Positions 51,617-61,565 of a DNA stretch of 64,000 nucleotides are shown here, one piece after another; the first letter of the stretch is position 1, and each line of letters begins with the position of its first letter. The notes beneath the pieces are model-generated. The model was given only the letters and a program-made list of their open reading frames with translations. It did not search any database and was not told the DNA's origin. A program made the translations under genes and the position numbers. This DNA comes from Candidatus Multivoradales bacterium (GTDB taxonomy: Bacteria; Acidobacteriota; Thermoanaerobaculia; Multivoradales; JAHEKO01). The stretch lies in assembly GCA_965248055.1 (NCBI GenBank), contig CBDFIJ010000004.1:704001-768000 (forward strand). Direction: 5' to 3'.

Positions 51617-52397
51617 TAGAATTCGATGCCATCTGCTTCCACAAGAACAGCAAGAAAACGATCACAATCAAGCTGATGATCTGGGCCAAGGTCAGTCCGC
51701 CAAAAAAGCGATCGTCTTTGGCACGCAGAAACTCCACCAAGAAACGCTCGATCGCGAGCAACAAGAAAACCGCGATGGCGGTCAAACCCGGGCGCCATGA
51801 GACAAACTTTCGGCGGCCCCAAAACCAAATCGCTCCAGCGCTCAGGGTTTCGTACAACTGCGTCGGGTGAACCCGAATTAGATCAGACGCAGCCCCTTCA
51901 ATCGGCAGGTTAAATGCCTGCCTCAATGCTCCGGCGGTAGTCGGAGGTAGACCCACCGGAAAAGAAACGCCCCAGGGCAGCGAAGTGGGTACACCGTAGT
52001 CATCGCCGACCAGAAAGCAGCCGATGCGACCCACCGCATAGCCCAGAGCTAGACCAAGCGCCGCGCTATCTGCAACGTGAGCGGTACCCAGCTTGCGGCG
52101 TCGGGCGGTAAGCCACACTGCCAACGCTCCGAGCAGAAAGCCTCCGTACCAAACCAAGCCGGCTCTACTGAGCAGCAGCGCCGGGTCTCCGTAAAGGATC
52201 GCGTAGTAGATCTTGGCGCCCAGAATACCGCCAACTCCGGCGGCCAAGAGCAACGCACTGGCGTCCTCTTCGTTCCCCTGTCCGCGCGACTTCAAGCCCC
52301 TACTGAGCTGCCAATATGCCGCCAAGAAAGCCAGCATCATCATGATGCCGAAGGGGCTGATACTCAGTCGGCCGATGTGGAATAGTTCTTCAATCAC
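51594..52397 (-). CDS. lgt: Prolipoprotein diacylglyceryl transferase
   Basis: GLVWYGG, VGRIGCFL.G..YG, LPWG, HPTQLYE, RFLVEFLR. Confidence 0.93.
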   Translation of the reverse strand: MIEELFHIGRLSISPFGIMMMLAFLAAYWQLSRGLKSRGQGNEEDASALLLAAGVGGILGAKIYYAILYGDPALLLSRAGLVWYGGFLLGALAVWLTARRRKLGTAHVADSAALGLALGYAVGRIGCFLVGDDYGVPTSLPWGVSFPVGLPPTTAGALRQAFNLPIEGAASDLIRVHPTQLYETLSAGAIWFWGRRKFVSWRPGLTAIAVFLLLAIERFLVEFLRAKDDRFFGGLTLAQIISLIVIVFLLFLWKQMASNSIDQPDRS

Positions 52398-52471
52398 CTA
52401 GATCTCCTTGTCGCGGCGATGGTACCAATCTCGGCGTTCGATGACACGGTCGAATCCCGTACAATTCATCG

Positions 52472-53521
52472 GTGTCAACGACTCGAACAGAGACCATTCA
52501 CTTTCTTGACTCACTCGCGTCGCTGGTTTCGGCGACTCGTAGACGCCGAGGTCCGCATCGCTGGCTGATTCTGACCCACGATAACCCGGACCCCGACGCC
52601 ATCGCGACCGCGGCGGCGATGCAATCCCTGCTGCGTGCTAGCCACGGAGTTCGCGCCACCGTTGGCTACGGCGGCATTATCGGCCGCGCCGAAAACCAAG
52701 AGATGGTTCGAGTGCTGCGCATGCGCATGAGTCGAGTTCGCCACCTCAACTGGAATCACTACGCACGAATCATCCTGGTGGATGCCCAACCCGGAGCTGG
52801 CAACGCAATGCTGCCGGGCTCGCGATCGCCAGACGTGGTGGTCGATCATCACCCGCTCCGGCGAACGACCAAAGCGGTTCACACCGTCGACGTACGGCCA
52901 GACTACGGTGCCTCAGCGACCATCGCCGCAGAGTATCTAGAAGCTGCCGAAGTACCCGTTAGCCGCCACCTGGCGACCGCTCTTGTCTACGCGATCCGCT
53001 CCGAAACCCGAGAGCTGGGCCGCGAAGCGAGTGATGCCGATCGCGAGCTCTATCGAAGCCTGCTCCCGGTGGTCAACAGTGCTGCGTTGGGACAAATACA
53101 ACACCCTCGACTGCCGATCAGCTATTTCCGCACCCTGCATCGAGCGATGGACGATTTGCGAGGGGTGAAAACTCTGATCGCCACTCATCTCGACTGGGTA
53201 CCACAACCGGACATTGTTCCAGAGGTGGCTGACTTACTGGTGCGTATGGAGGGACGAACTTGGGCGCTGACGACCGGTGCCTATGAAGGTCGCCTCTACG
53301 TGTCTTTGCGAACCACCAACCGCAGAGCAGACGCGGGCCGCGTAATGCAGCAGATCATCGGCAGAAAGGGAAAAGGCGGCGGTCACGGCATGATGGCAGG
53401 TGGCTGGCTACCGATCGCGGAAGACCAAGATCCGGCAGCCTTGTCCAATTCTCTGTTGAACAAACTGGCCAAGCGCTTGAATCACGACCCCAAGAAGCTG
53501 TCGCCGGTGGTCATGCAATAA
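52472..53521 (+). CDS. DHH/DHHA1 family phosphoesterase
   Basis: HDNPDPDA, LVD, VDHH, GGGHGMMAGG. Confidence 0.9.
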   Translation: MSTTRTETIHFLDSLASLVSATRRRRGPHRWLILTHDNPDPDAIATAAAMQSLLRASHGVRATVGYGGIIGRAENQEMVRVLRMRMSRVRHLNWNHYARIILVDAQPGAGNAMLPGSRSPDVVVDHHPLRRTTKAVHTVDVRPDYGASATIAAEYLEAAEVPVSRHLATALVYAIRSETRELGREASDADRELYRSLLPVVNSAALGQIQHPRLPISYFRTLHRAMDDLRGVKTLIATHLDWVPQPDIVPEVADLLVRMEGRTWALTTGAYEGRLYVSLRTTNRRADAGRVMQQIIGRKGKGGGHGMMAGGWLPIAEDQDPAALSNSLLNKLAKRLNHDPKKLSPVVMQ

Positions 53522-53659
53522 CCGGGTTGCTCGGTCGCTAGGCCAGCCAACCAACATCGAACCGACCATCAACCATCAGCCCTCACTTGGTCTGAGTGAA
53601 CCGGAATCGGCCTACCGAGGCACGGTCCACCCGTCAGGGCAGAAGTACGTCGAACCAAG

Positions 53660-53932
53660 TCAAACTCGACGGCGCAAGACCAGCCTTTTCAGCGCACCTG
53701 GTTCCAGCCGAATCTTGACCACCGGAATTCCATCGCGCAGTAGCACCGGAACCACGTCGCTAAAACGACGTTGCAACTCTGGATCTTGATCGATGTCGAT
53801 GATCGTATATTCGAGACCAAATTCAGCCCCTTCTCGATCCAGGGCCTGCACCATCTGATCGCACAAGTGACATGCGGACCGCGAAATGACGACCCAAGAG
53901 TTCTGAGGGGGTGCTTCTGGAGTCTGGGTCAC
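53660..53932 (-). CDS. Glutaredoxin-like protein (DUF836-type)
   Basis: SRSACHLC, IDID.DPEL, VPVL. Confidence 0.85.
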   Translation of the reverse strand: MTQTPEAPPQNSWVVISRSACHLCDQMVQALDREGAEFGLEYTIIDIDQDPELQRRFSDVVPVLLRDGIPVVKIRLEPGALKRLVLRRRV

Positions 53933-53948
53933 CGGCCTGCGATCGTGC

Positions 53949-55520
53949 CTATTCCCATTCGATCGTCCCCGGGGGCTTGTTGGTGATGTCGTAGACTACT
54001 CGATTGATCCCCTGAACCTCGTTGACGATGCGCGCCGACACCCGGTCGAGAAAGTCGTAGGGCAAACGGGTCCAGTTGGCAGTCATGAAGTCCTGGGTAT
54101 CCACCGCACGCAGGGCGGCAACGTTTTCGTAGGTACGAAAATCGCCCATAACTCCGACGCTGCGTACCGGCAGCAACACAACAAACGCTTGCTGGGTCCG
54201 TGCCTCCCACCTTGATTCGGCTAACTCTTGGCGAAAGATTGCGTCAGCTTTGCGCAAAATATCCAATCGCTCCTGATCCACCGCCCCCAACACCCGAACT
54301 GCCAACCCCGGCCCAGGAAAGGGGTGACGCGCAATCCAGTCCTCTGGGACTCCCAGTTGCCGCCCTAGCTCCCGCACTTCATCCTTAAAAAGCATACGCA
54401 ACGGCTCGACCAGTTCAAAGTTGAGCCGCTCGGGCAATCCGCCAACATTGTGGTGACTCTTGATCACCACGGCGGGCCCGGTAACCGCGGTGGACTCGAT
54501 TACATCCGGGTAGAGAGTTCCTTGCGCCAGATAGCGCACCCCTTCGATCTCCGAAGCCTCTGCCTCGAACACATCAATAAAGGTCTTGCCGATAATCTTG
54601 CGTTTGGTTTCCGGGTCATCGACCCCGGCGAGCTGGGACAGAAAGCGCTCGCTGGCATCTACTGCGCGCAAGGGAATCCCCAATCCATCCCCCAGACGCT
54701 CCACCACCTCGCTTGCTTCATCCAGGCGCAGTAGGCCGTTGTCAACGAAGACAGCCACCGTGCGATCGCCCAACGCCCGCGCCAACAGAGCAGCGGTCAC
54801 GGTGGAATCCACGCCGCCAGAGAGAGCGCACAGAACTTTGCCGTCGGTTACTTGCTCGCGCAGTTGCGAAACCGCGTGTTCCAAGTAACTGCCCATACTC
54901 CAGGTGTACTCGGCTTCACATAGGCTCAGAAAGGCCGCCAAGATCTCCGCGCCATTTTCTGTATGCAACACCTCCGGGTGAAACTGAAGACCCCAATGCC
55001 GGCGTTCTGGGTTGTCCACCGCCGCGAAAGGAATGTCCGTAGAGGTCGCAATCGCGGTAAATCCCGAAGGCAACCCAGTCACACGATCTCCGTGACTCAT
55101 CCAAACCGTCGACGAACCGCCCAAGTCCAAATTGACAAACGAATTCTCTCCCCATTGGACCTCGGTCTTACCGTATTCCCGGGTGGTGGATGCTTCCACC
55201 ACTCCGCCCAAGGCATGCACCATCAGTTGCATGCCATAGCAAATACCCAGAAGCGGCAAATCCAAATCCCACAGGCGCGCATCCGGCAGCGGTGCGTTTT
55301 CCTGATAAACGCTTTGTGGCCCGCCAGACAGAATGACTCCCACCGGATTCATCGCCCGAATCGACTCGGCATCCAAGTCGTAACGATGGATCTCGCTGTA
55401 GACCCCGGCTTCGCGAATCCGACGGGCGATCAATTGGGTGTATTGCGAGCCAAAATCCAGAATCACGATTCCGCGGCGCGATTCGAGTCCCTGCACTGTT
55501 GCCAACTCCTGACTTGCCAT
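53949..55520 (-). CDS. guaA: GMP synthase (glutamine-hydrolysing)
   Basis: LDFGSQYTQLIARR, GICYGMQ, QFHPEV, LSGGVDS, IKSHHNVGG, KPPGTIEWE. Confidence 0.98.
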   Translation of the reverse strand: MASQELATVQGLESRRGIVILDFGSQYTQLIARRIREAGVYSEIHRYDLDAESIRAMNPVGVILSGGPQSVYQENAPLPDARLWDLDLPLLGICYGMQLMVHALGGVVEASTTREYGKTEVQWGENSFVNLDLGGSSTVWMSHGDRVTGLPSGFTAIATSTDIPFAAVDNPERRHWGLQFHPEVLHTENGAEILAAFLSLCEAEYTWSMGSYLEHAVSQLREQVTDGKVLCALSGGVDSTVTAALLARALGDRTVAVFVDNGLLRLDEASEVVERLGDGLGIPLRAVDASERFLSQLAGVDDPETKRKIIGKTFIDVFEAEASEIEGVRYLAQGTLYPDVIESTAVTGPAVVIKSHHNVGGLPERLNFELVEPLRMLFKDEVRELGRQLGVPEDWIARHPFPGPGLAVRVLGAVDQERLDILRKADAIFRQELAESRWEARTQQAFVVLLPVRSVGVMGDFRTYENVAALRAVDTQDFMTANWTRLPYDFLDRVSARIVNEVQGINRVVYDITNKPPGTIEWE

Positions 55521-55528
55521 GAGATGCC

Positions 55529-56536
55529 CTAGAGATCCTCTTCCGATTTGGTAACCCGTCCCATCAGTGCTTCCACGGCATCGCGAATCGGACGCTGCTC
55601 GTAAATCACCGCCTCGACTTGATCAACGATCGGCATTTCTACGCCTCTCTGCTTCGCCAACCGCGACACCGAAAGCGCGTTCCTAACCCCTTCGGCGACC
55701 ATCAGTCCGCCGGTCGCATTGCCTGGCTCCTGCCCTTCGGCTAGCCGCACCCCAACCCGCCGATTTCTCGATAACTCTCCGGTGCAAGTCAACACCAAGT
55801 CTCCCAACCCTGCCAAACCAGCCACGGTACGCGGGTCGCCACCGCAAGCAACACTCAAGCGGGTAATCTCATGCAAGCCGCGCGTGATCAGTGCCGCCAG
55901 GGCGTTGTGCCCCAAGCCAACGCCAAACACGATCCCGGCCGCAATCGCGATCACGTTCTTTGCCGTACCTCCGACTTCGACCCCGGCCACGTCGGTTGAC
56001 GAATACAACCGCAAATTATCGACTGACCACTGATCGCGCAGCGACTCCGCAAAGTCGCGGTCCTGCGAGGCGATCACTGCCGCGCTAGGCGAGCCGGCGA
56101 CCAGCTCGGCGGCAAAGGTCGGACCCGACAGCACTCCAAACCGGGCTTCAACTCCGTGTTTTTCCGCTTCTACCGCAGTCACTTCACTCATCCGGGCTAG
56201 CGAGTCGGTCTCGATCCCCTTGGTTGCAGAGACCACGTCAAGTGTCGTGCCTGGTTCTTGGAGCGACAAGAACCCAGCTAGTGCTTGGCGAAATCCATGG
56301 GAAGGGACGACCATCAACAACACATCTGTCTCGCCAACCGAGCTCAGCTCAGACTCGACACGAAGCTCTGGAGGAAGCTCCACCCCAGGTAGATAGGCAG
56401 CATTGACACGGTCGTCATGGAGCTTTGCTGCCAATTGGGAATTGCGCACCCAAAGTGCAGCCTGCTGTCCGCCACGAGCCAGTTGTACAGCTAGCGCGGT
56501 CCCCCATGAGCCGCCTCCTAAGATCGTCACCCGCAT
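55529..56536 (-). CDS. gpsA: NAD(P)H-dependent glycerol-3-phosphate dehydrogenase
   Basis: GGGSWGTALA, TKGIE, SGPTFA, KNVIAIAAG, GLAGLGDLVLTC...SRN. Confidence 0.96.
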   Translation of the reverse strand: MRVTILGGGSWGTALAVQLARGGQQAALWVRNSQLAAKLHDDRVNAAYLPGVELPPELRVESELSSVGETDVLLMVVPSHGFRQALAGFLSLQEPGTTLDVVSATKGIETDSLARMSEVTAVEAEKHGVEARFGVLSGPTFAAELVAGSPSAAVIASQDRDFAESLRDQWSVDNLRLYSSTDVAGVEVGGTAKNVIAIAAGIVFGVGLGHNALAALITRGLHEITRLSVACGGDPRTVAGLAGLGDLVLTCTGELSRNRRVGVRLAEGQEPGNATGGLMVAEGVRNALSVSRLAKQRGVEMPIVDQVEAVIYEQRPIRDAVEALMGRVTKSEEDL

Positions 56537-56645
56537 CTAGTGAGCGACCTTATGAGAGTCGCATCGGTTTGCAAAGGTGTTCCGACCTGTTGCCGGTCGA
56601 ATCACAGCATTCCGATGGCTGGAGTCGTTGATTCTCACACGCAAG

Positions 56646-57857
56646 TCACGGTAGACGCCGCCGGATGCCGTCCAACGCCCATTGGGTAGCAAAAGACCGC
56701 ACATAGTCCCGATCTCCTGGGAACCGCCTCCGGCCGCTATCGACCCCCTCTGAAAAGCTCCAGGCAAACCACACAGTGCCGACCGGCTTTTTCTCAGTGC
56801 CTCCGGTGGGACCGGCAATTCCGGTCACCGCGACGCCGATGTCCGCTGCAAAACGTGCCCTGACCCCCTCCGCCAACTCCACCGCTACTTGTTCACTGAC
56901 CGCTCCGTGCTCCCGCAGGGAACGCTGTGAAACACCGACTTGCTGATTCTTGATTCGATTGTCATAGGCCACTACCCCACCCAAAACCACCGCACTGGCG
57001 CCGGGGACCGAGGTCAACCGGGCACACAGTTGCCCTCCGGTACAGGACTCAGCGACCGCCAACTTCAATCCCCGATGGGCGCACTCGTCCACCACCACCT
57101 GTTCCAGTGGCGCTCCCTGGGAATAGACCGCCTCCCCGAGCAAGCTTGTGATCAATGCCAGATCAACCGGGGCTTGGGAATCCGGAGCTTCGCGTACCTC
57201 GATGCGGATGTCCCCAGGGCTCGACAACACCGTCACCTGCTCTTTGCCGATCCTCCGATACAGCGCTGCCAGACGCTCCTCCACTGTCGATTCCGGCAAG
57301 CAAGCGACGCGAAAACGGCTAATCTGATTGGGCGTAGTCTGGGTATTCTCCGCTACCCAGGGAAACAGATCGCTCTCGGCGAGTCCCTTCATCTCCCGAG
57401 GCACACCGGGCAGCAGGACAATCGCAACCCCTTGAGCATCTATCCAAAGTCCAGGAGCAGTGCCGCGTGGATTGTGCAGCACCTTGACACCTTGAGGAAC
57501 CATCGCTTGGCGCAGATTGACCTGCGCCATCGGCACCCCGAGTTCGGTGAAACGACTCTCGATGGATTCCGCCACCGCTTCGCTGTGCTGCAACTCCAGC
57601 CCCAGCGCGCCGGCCACCGCCTCGCGGGTTAAATCATCTGAGGTAGGCCCCAGGCCGCCAGTGACCACAACTAGATCAGCCTGTTGAATGGCAAAAGCAA
57701 GGCTCTGCTGCAGAGTCTCCATGTCGTCCCCGACCACTGCCTTGCCCACCAAAGGCACCCCAAACTTCGCCAGCTTTCCCGCCAGCCAAAGAGAATTGGT
57801 GTCACTGCGACCGCTGCCCAGAAGTTCGCTGCCCACTGCTAGTACGTACCCGCGCAT
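56646..57857 (-). CDS. cinA: CinA family protein (MoCF-like + NMN deamidase PncC)
   Basis: VGSELL..DTN, GGLGPTSDDLT, GTAPG, LPGVPREM, AESCTGG, HGAVS, TGIAGP..KPVGTV. Confidence 0.93.
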   Translation of the reverse strand: MRGYVLAVGSELLGSGRSDTNSLWLAGKLAKFGVPLVGKAVVGDDMETLQQSLAFAIQQADLVVVTGGLGPTSDDLTREAVAGALGLELQHSEAVAESIESRFTELGVPMAQVNLRQAMVPQGVKVLHNPRGTAPGLWIDAQGVAIVLLPGVPREMKGLAESDLFPWVAENTQTTPNQISRFRVACLPESTVEERLAALYRRIGKEQVTVLSSPGDIRIEVREAPDSQAPVDLALITSLLGEAVYSQGAPLEQVVVDECAHRGLKLAVAESCTGGQLCARLTSVPGASAVVLGGVVAYDNRIKNQQVGVSQRSLREHGAVSEQVAVELAEGVRARFAADIGVAVTGIAGPTGGTEKKPVGTVWFAWSFSEGVDSGRRRFPGDRDYVRSFATQWALDGIRRRLP

Positions 57858-57910
57858 CGGCCAATCATAGGAAACCCGAGAGATTTCTGCTGCCAACCCC
57901 AAATACCCCG

Positions 57911-57939
57911 TTGACACTCCGAGTGACCCTGCCTAGGAT
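57911..57939 (+). promoter_or_regulatory. Consensus-like sigma70 promoter
   Basis: TTGACA 57911-57916, 17 nt, TAGGAT 57934-57939; ATG 9 nt downstream, no SD. Confidence 0.7.
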
Positions 57940-57948
57940 CTTTGTTTC

Positions 57949-58986
57949 ATGCTTAAGTTTTTGCCATCCCTCCGTCTGTTCGCGCTAGGGGCCGGTCTCG
58001 TTCTGGCCTTCGGATCGGATTTGGCAGCAGCGGAGATCGGCTTTCGCCAAGCCGCTCAGTCCAAAACACCACTCACCATGTTGGCGGTCGACCACGGAGT
58101 TGAGATCCAAAACGACTCCCAAACCCTGCGCATTCCCTTGTCTTCGAGTACTTGGATGCAAGCGATCGAGCGGCTGGGTTCAACAGCTTCATCCGCCCAA
58201 GATGACTCGGGGTGGATTGCCACCGGAACTACCGAATACGCGCGGGGACGCCGCATCACGCTCAAAGCATCGACCGGAGGCGGAACGCAAACTCTCCCCT
58301 CGCCGCCCAGTGTTAACGGCTCGATCGCATGGTGGCCGCTGCCCATCGTGCACCACGCGCAGTTGGTCGGGCTCGCCTGGTTGGAGGGCGACCGCCTGGA
58401 CCGTCTAGCAGTGGTCGCGGCTAGCTGGAACCAAGGACAGTGGTCCCAACCGGTGGTGGTCTCTCCCACCGGTATCGGCAGTCAAGCTGGATTAGCGGCC
58501 ACGGTGTTGGACAACGGCACCTGGATCTTGGCCTGGACGCGCTTCGACGGCCAAGACGACGAAGTGGTCTGGGCCAGCGGCGACGGCTTCAAATTCCGCC
58601 GTCCCACTCCCTTGCACCGAGGCAATGGAGTGGCTGACATTCTGCCGAGCTTGGCGGCCAACGGCAACCAAGCGACCGCCGCTTGGAGTCGCGAAGACGG
58701 GGACCGCTACATCCTGGAAATGACCCACTTTGATGGCCAACGTTGGAGCAAAGTCAATCTCGATCCGGTAACCGCCGTTGGACCGCAGCTGCATCAAAAA
58801 GATGACCAACTCTTGATCAGCCTGTGGACTCAACGCGGAGGTCATTCGACTTGGGCTCTAGCCAAGCTCACCCAACGAAAATTGACGATCCTGGATTCAA
58901 CCGACGCCAGCCAGGCACGACCTGCGGTGCTCGGCAAGTCGGGCACCTTCGCGCGGGTACCGAGCGAGACCAGAGGCGACTCGTGA
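57949..58986 (+). CDS. Secreted hypothetical protein (beta-rich, Trp-repeat)
   Basis: Signal peptide (..SDLAAA), repeated AW...W.G..WS units suggesting a beta-propeller; TGA overlaps the next GTG. Confidence 0.75.
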   Translation: MLKFLPSLRLFALGAGLVLAFGSDLAAAEIGFRQAAQSKTPLTMLAVDHGVEIQNDSQTLRIPLSSSTWMQAIERLGSTASSAQDDSGWIATGTTEYARGRRITLKASTGGGTQTLPSPPSVNGSIAWWPLPIVHHAQLVGLAWLEGDRLDRLAVVAASWNQGQWSQPVVVSPTGIGSQAGLAATVLDNGTWILAWTRFDGQDDEVVWASGDGFKFRRPTPLHRGNGVADILPSLAANGNQATAAWSREDGDRYILEMTHFDGQRWSKVNLDPVTAVGPQLHQKDDQLLISLWTQRGGHSTWALAKLTQRKLTILDSTDASQARPAVLGKSGTFARVPSETRGDS

Positions 58987-60152
58987 CCAAAATTTTTCCA
59001 GGTAGCTCAGTCGGATCTCGCTATCTCTCCATAGTGGTACTTGGCGTACTGTTGGTCGGAGGCCCAGCCCACGCGATCGGCCGGGTGGTCGCGTTCGGTG
59101 ACAGCATCACCGACGGGCGCGGTGACGAAGAAGGATTGGGTGGCTACCCACCTCGTCTGCAGAAGCATTTGCGCGACAACGGCCATCCAGATGCTGTGGT
59201 TGTGGCTTCGGGCGTGCGCGGAGAAACCACTCCAGAAGGCTTATCTCGCATTGGCTCGGCAATTGGTAGCGCTGAGATCGTGGTCATCCTCGAAGGTGCC
59301 AACGACATATTTCAGGGGATTTCGGTCGAGACTTCGGCCAAGAACGTCCTCAAGATGGCTTCGCTTGTTCGAAGCAAGAACGCCAAACCGGTGATCTCGA
59401 CCTTGACGCCATTCTGGTTTAGGGCCTCGGTGAACCGCGGTAACGCACTGACCATTGAGCACTCCAATGTCCTGCGCGAGGGAGCCTTTGCGGCAGGGGA
59501 CGACCTAGCAGACGTTTTTGACGCTTACTGGAGAACCCCCGACCGTAATTTCGACCTCTACGACGACCGTTTCGTAGATCGACTCGGGCACCCCAATGCC
59601 GCAGGGCACTCACTGATCGCTCAAGTCATCGGCGACCAGTTGGCAGACATCGACAGTGCTCCCCCGGTGGTCGGAACCACGATACCGCGAGATGGCGCGA
59701 GCAAGGTCGTCCCGGGCAAGAAACTCAACATCAAACTCTACGACTTTGGAACCGGAGTGGATGCCGCCGAGAGCACTATCTTGGTCAACGGCGAACCGGT
59801 GCAGACCTTCCGCTCAGATAAGAAAACCCGCGTTGAATTGGGGCACACTCCGGCAACTCCTTGGACCGGAGTGATCAAAGTCGAGGTGATCACGCAGGAT
59901 CTCGCTTCGCCTGCGAACTCGATCGAACGTTTTGCCACCTTGTTTTCCATTGATGGAACCAGTTTCTTTCGCGGCGACATTAACTTCGACGGTCGCGTTG
60001 ATGGTCATGATCTCGCTCAGTTGTCGTTTAGCTTTGGCACCACCAGCGCGGACACTGACTACCGCCTCGAAGCCGACATCAACAGCGACGGTAGTGTCGA
60101 TGGCGAAGATTTGGCAATCCTCGCCAACAACTTCGGTCAGATTTCGGGATAA
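58983..60152 (+). CDS. Secreted SGNH/GDSL hydrolase with Ig-like and dockerin-like domains
   Basis: Signal ..PAHA, FGDSIT, GVRGETT, LEGAND, D..GHPN. Dockerin-type repeats GDINFDGRVDGHDL and ADINSDGSVDGEDL. Confidence 0.85.
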   Translation: MTKIFPGSSVGSRYLSIVVLGVLLVGGPAHAIGRVVAFGDSITDGRGDEEGLGGYPPRLQKHLRDNGHPDAVVVASGVRGETTPEGLSRIGSAIGSAEIVVILEGANDIFQGISVETSAKNVLKMASLVRSKNAKPVISTLTPFWFRASVNRGNALTIEHSNVLREGAFAAGDDLADVFDAYWRTPDRNFDLYDDRFVDRLGHPNAAGHSLIAQVIGDQLADIDSAPPVVGTTIPRDGASKVVPGKKLNIKLYDFGTGVDAAESTILVNGEPVQTFRSDKKTRVELGHTPATPWTGVIKVEVITQDLASPANSIERFATLFSIDGTSFFRGDINFDGRVDGHDLAQLSFSFGTTSADTDYRLEADINSDGSVDGEDLAILANNFGQISG

Positions 60153-60231
60153 CCCTTTTTTCGTGGAGTTCCCAGCGATATCCGCTGTCTTCTAACAGGC
60201 CCGCTTTCGCGGTCCTTGAGATAAGCGCGGT

Positions 60232-61554
60232 CTATCGAATCAGCAGCGGAGCAGTGCCTTCTTCGCGAATCTGCCAGCAACTCTCCAGTTCATCGAGCCA
60301 CTGCCGGTCTTCGTTGCGCAGATGGGCAATCGCTATCACCTCCCCTACAGTCACTGGATCCCCCAAACGCAGCAGGCGTCGGATGGCAACACCAGCGTCC
60401 AACCCGGACTCCAAACCATCCCCCGAAAAGGCCTTACTCTGCAGCAGTAGGCCCAGTTTGCGTAGATCGACCCCGGCCAGAACTCCCGATTGTTTAGCCC
60501 GAAGGCGAAACTCCTGCTCGGCCAGCCCCCGCGGAGCGTCCTGTGACCTTGCATCAGTTGCCTCAGCCTGGGCTACCCAATCTTTCGTGGCGCCCTGGTG
60601 GCGTGCCCAATGACAAAAGGTCTCCAAGGCTTTCCCCGAGCGCAGTTGATCCGCCAGATCGTCGTAGCTGACCTCGGCTCCGATGACCCGACAGGCTTCA
60701 GCGGACAAGGTCAATGTCACTTCGAGCAAGTCGTCGGCGCCACCGCCAGCCAGCACCGTCAGCGATTCCTCGACCTCCGCAGTATGTCCCGCCCAGTCTC
60801 CCAGGGGTTGCGACATGTCGGTGACAAAGCCCGAGCTCTTGACCCCCGCCTGTTGGGTCGCAGCAATCAAGTCCTTGAGTAGGCCTTGGCTGTCGGCCAA
60901 CTCGGGGAAAATCGCACCGGGTCCGGTCTTGACATCGTAAATCACCGCGGCAGATCCCAACGCGACTTTCTTGGAAACAATGCTTGAGGTCACCAAGGGC
61001 CTGGAGGCGACGGTCCCGGTGCGATCTCTCAGTGCATAGAAGATGCGGTCTGCAGGAGCGATCCCTGGGGTCGCCAGCCCAATCGCCACACCGGTTTGGT
61101 GCAAAGCATCCAACATTTGCTGTCGATCCAGGTCTAGGCGTAGTCCTGGAATGGTCTCGAGCTTGTCCGCTGTACCTCCAGTGTGCCCCAGAGCGCGCCC
61201 GGTGAGCATCGCCACCGGCACCCCCACCGAGGCCAACAAGGGTGCCAAAATTAACGACACCTTGTCGCCGACTCCGCCGGTGGAATGCTTATCCACTAGA
61301 TTGGGAAGCTCGTCGCGAAGACGCCAAGTTTCGCCAGAAGCAACCATGGCACCCACCAGCGCCTGGGTCTCGGCTTCATTCAGGCCGTGGATCGCCGTCG
61401 CCATCAAAAACGCGGCCGCTTCTCCCTCGCCCCAAGAGCCGCTGACCACGCCATCGACGATCGACTGAATCTCATCTGGAGTCAGCGCCTCGCCGCGCCG
61501 CTTTCGATCTAGGAGCTGGTAAGGGAGTTCTGGGGGATTCTGGGGTTCACTCAA
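60232..61554 (-). CDS. pdp: Pyrimidine-nucleoside/thymidine phosphorylase
   Basis: VDKHSTGGVGDK, GRALGHTGGTADKLE, APAD..YALRD, SSIVSKK, DVKTG, TDMSQPLG. Confidence 0.93.
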   Translation of the reverse strand: MSEPQNPPELPYQLLDRKRRGEALTPDEIQSIVDGVVSGSWGEGEAAAFLMATAIHGLNEAETQALVGAMVASGETWRLRDELPNLVDKHSTGGVGDKVSLILAPLLASVGVPVAMLTGRALGHTGGTADKLETIPGLRLDLDRQQMLDALHQTGVAIGLATPGIAPADRIFYALRDRTGTVASRPLVTSSIVSKKVALGSAAVIYDVKTGPGAIFPELADSQGLLKDLIAATQQAGVKSSGFVTDMSQPLGDWAGHTAEVEESLTVLAGGGADDLLEVTLTLSAEACRVIGAEVSYDDLADQLRSGKALETFCHWARHQGATKDWVAQAEATDARSQDAPRGLAEQEFRLRAKQSGVLAGVDLRKLGLLLQSKAFSGDGLESGLDAGVAIRRLLRLGDPVTVGEVIAIAHLRNEDRQWLDELESCWQIREEGTAPLLIR

Positions 61555-61565
61555 ACGGCTACCCG

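Noticed and set aside
10798-61468. Numerous 60-300 aa ORFs overlapping the called genes (e.g. 10798-11553, 34057-34815, 37338-38249, 42549-43355)
   Set aside because: Alternate-frame or antisense artefacts of high-GC coding DNA, with no motifs.
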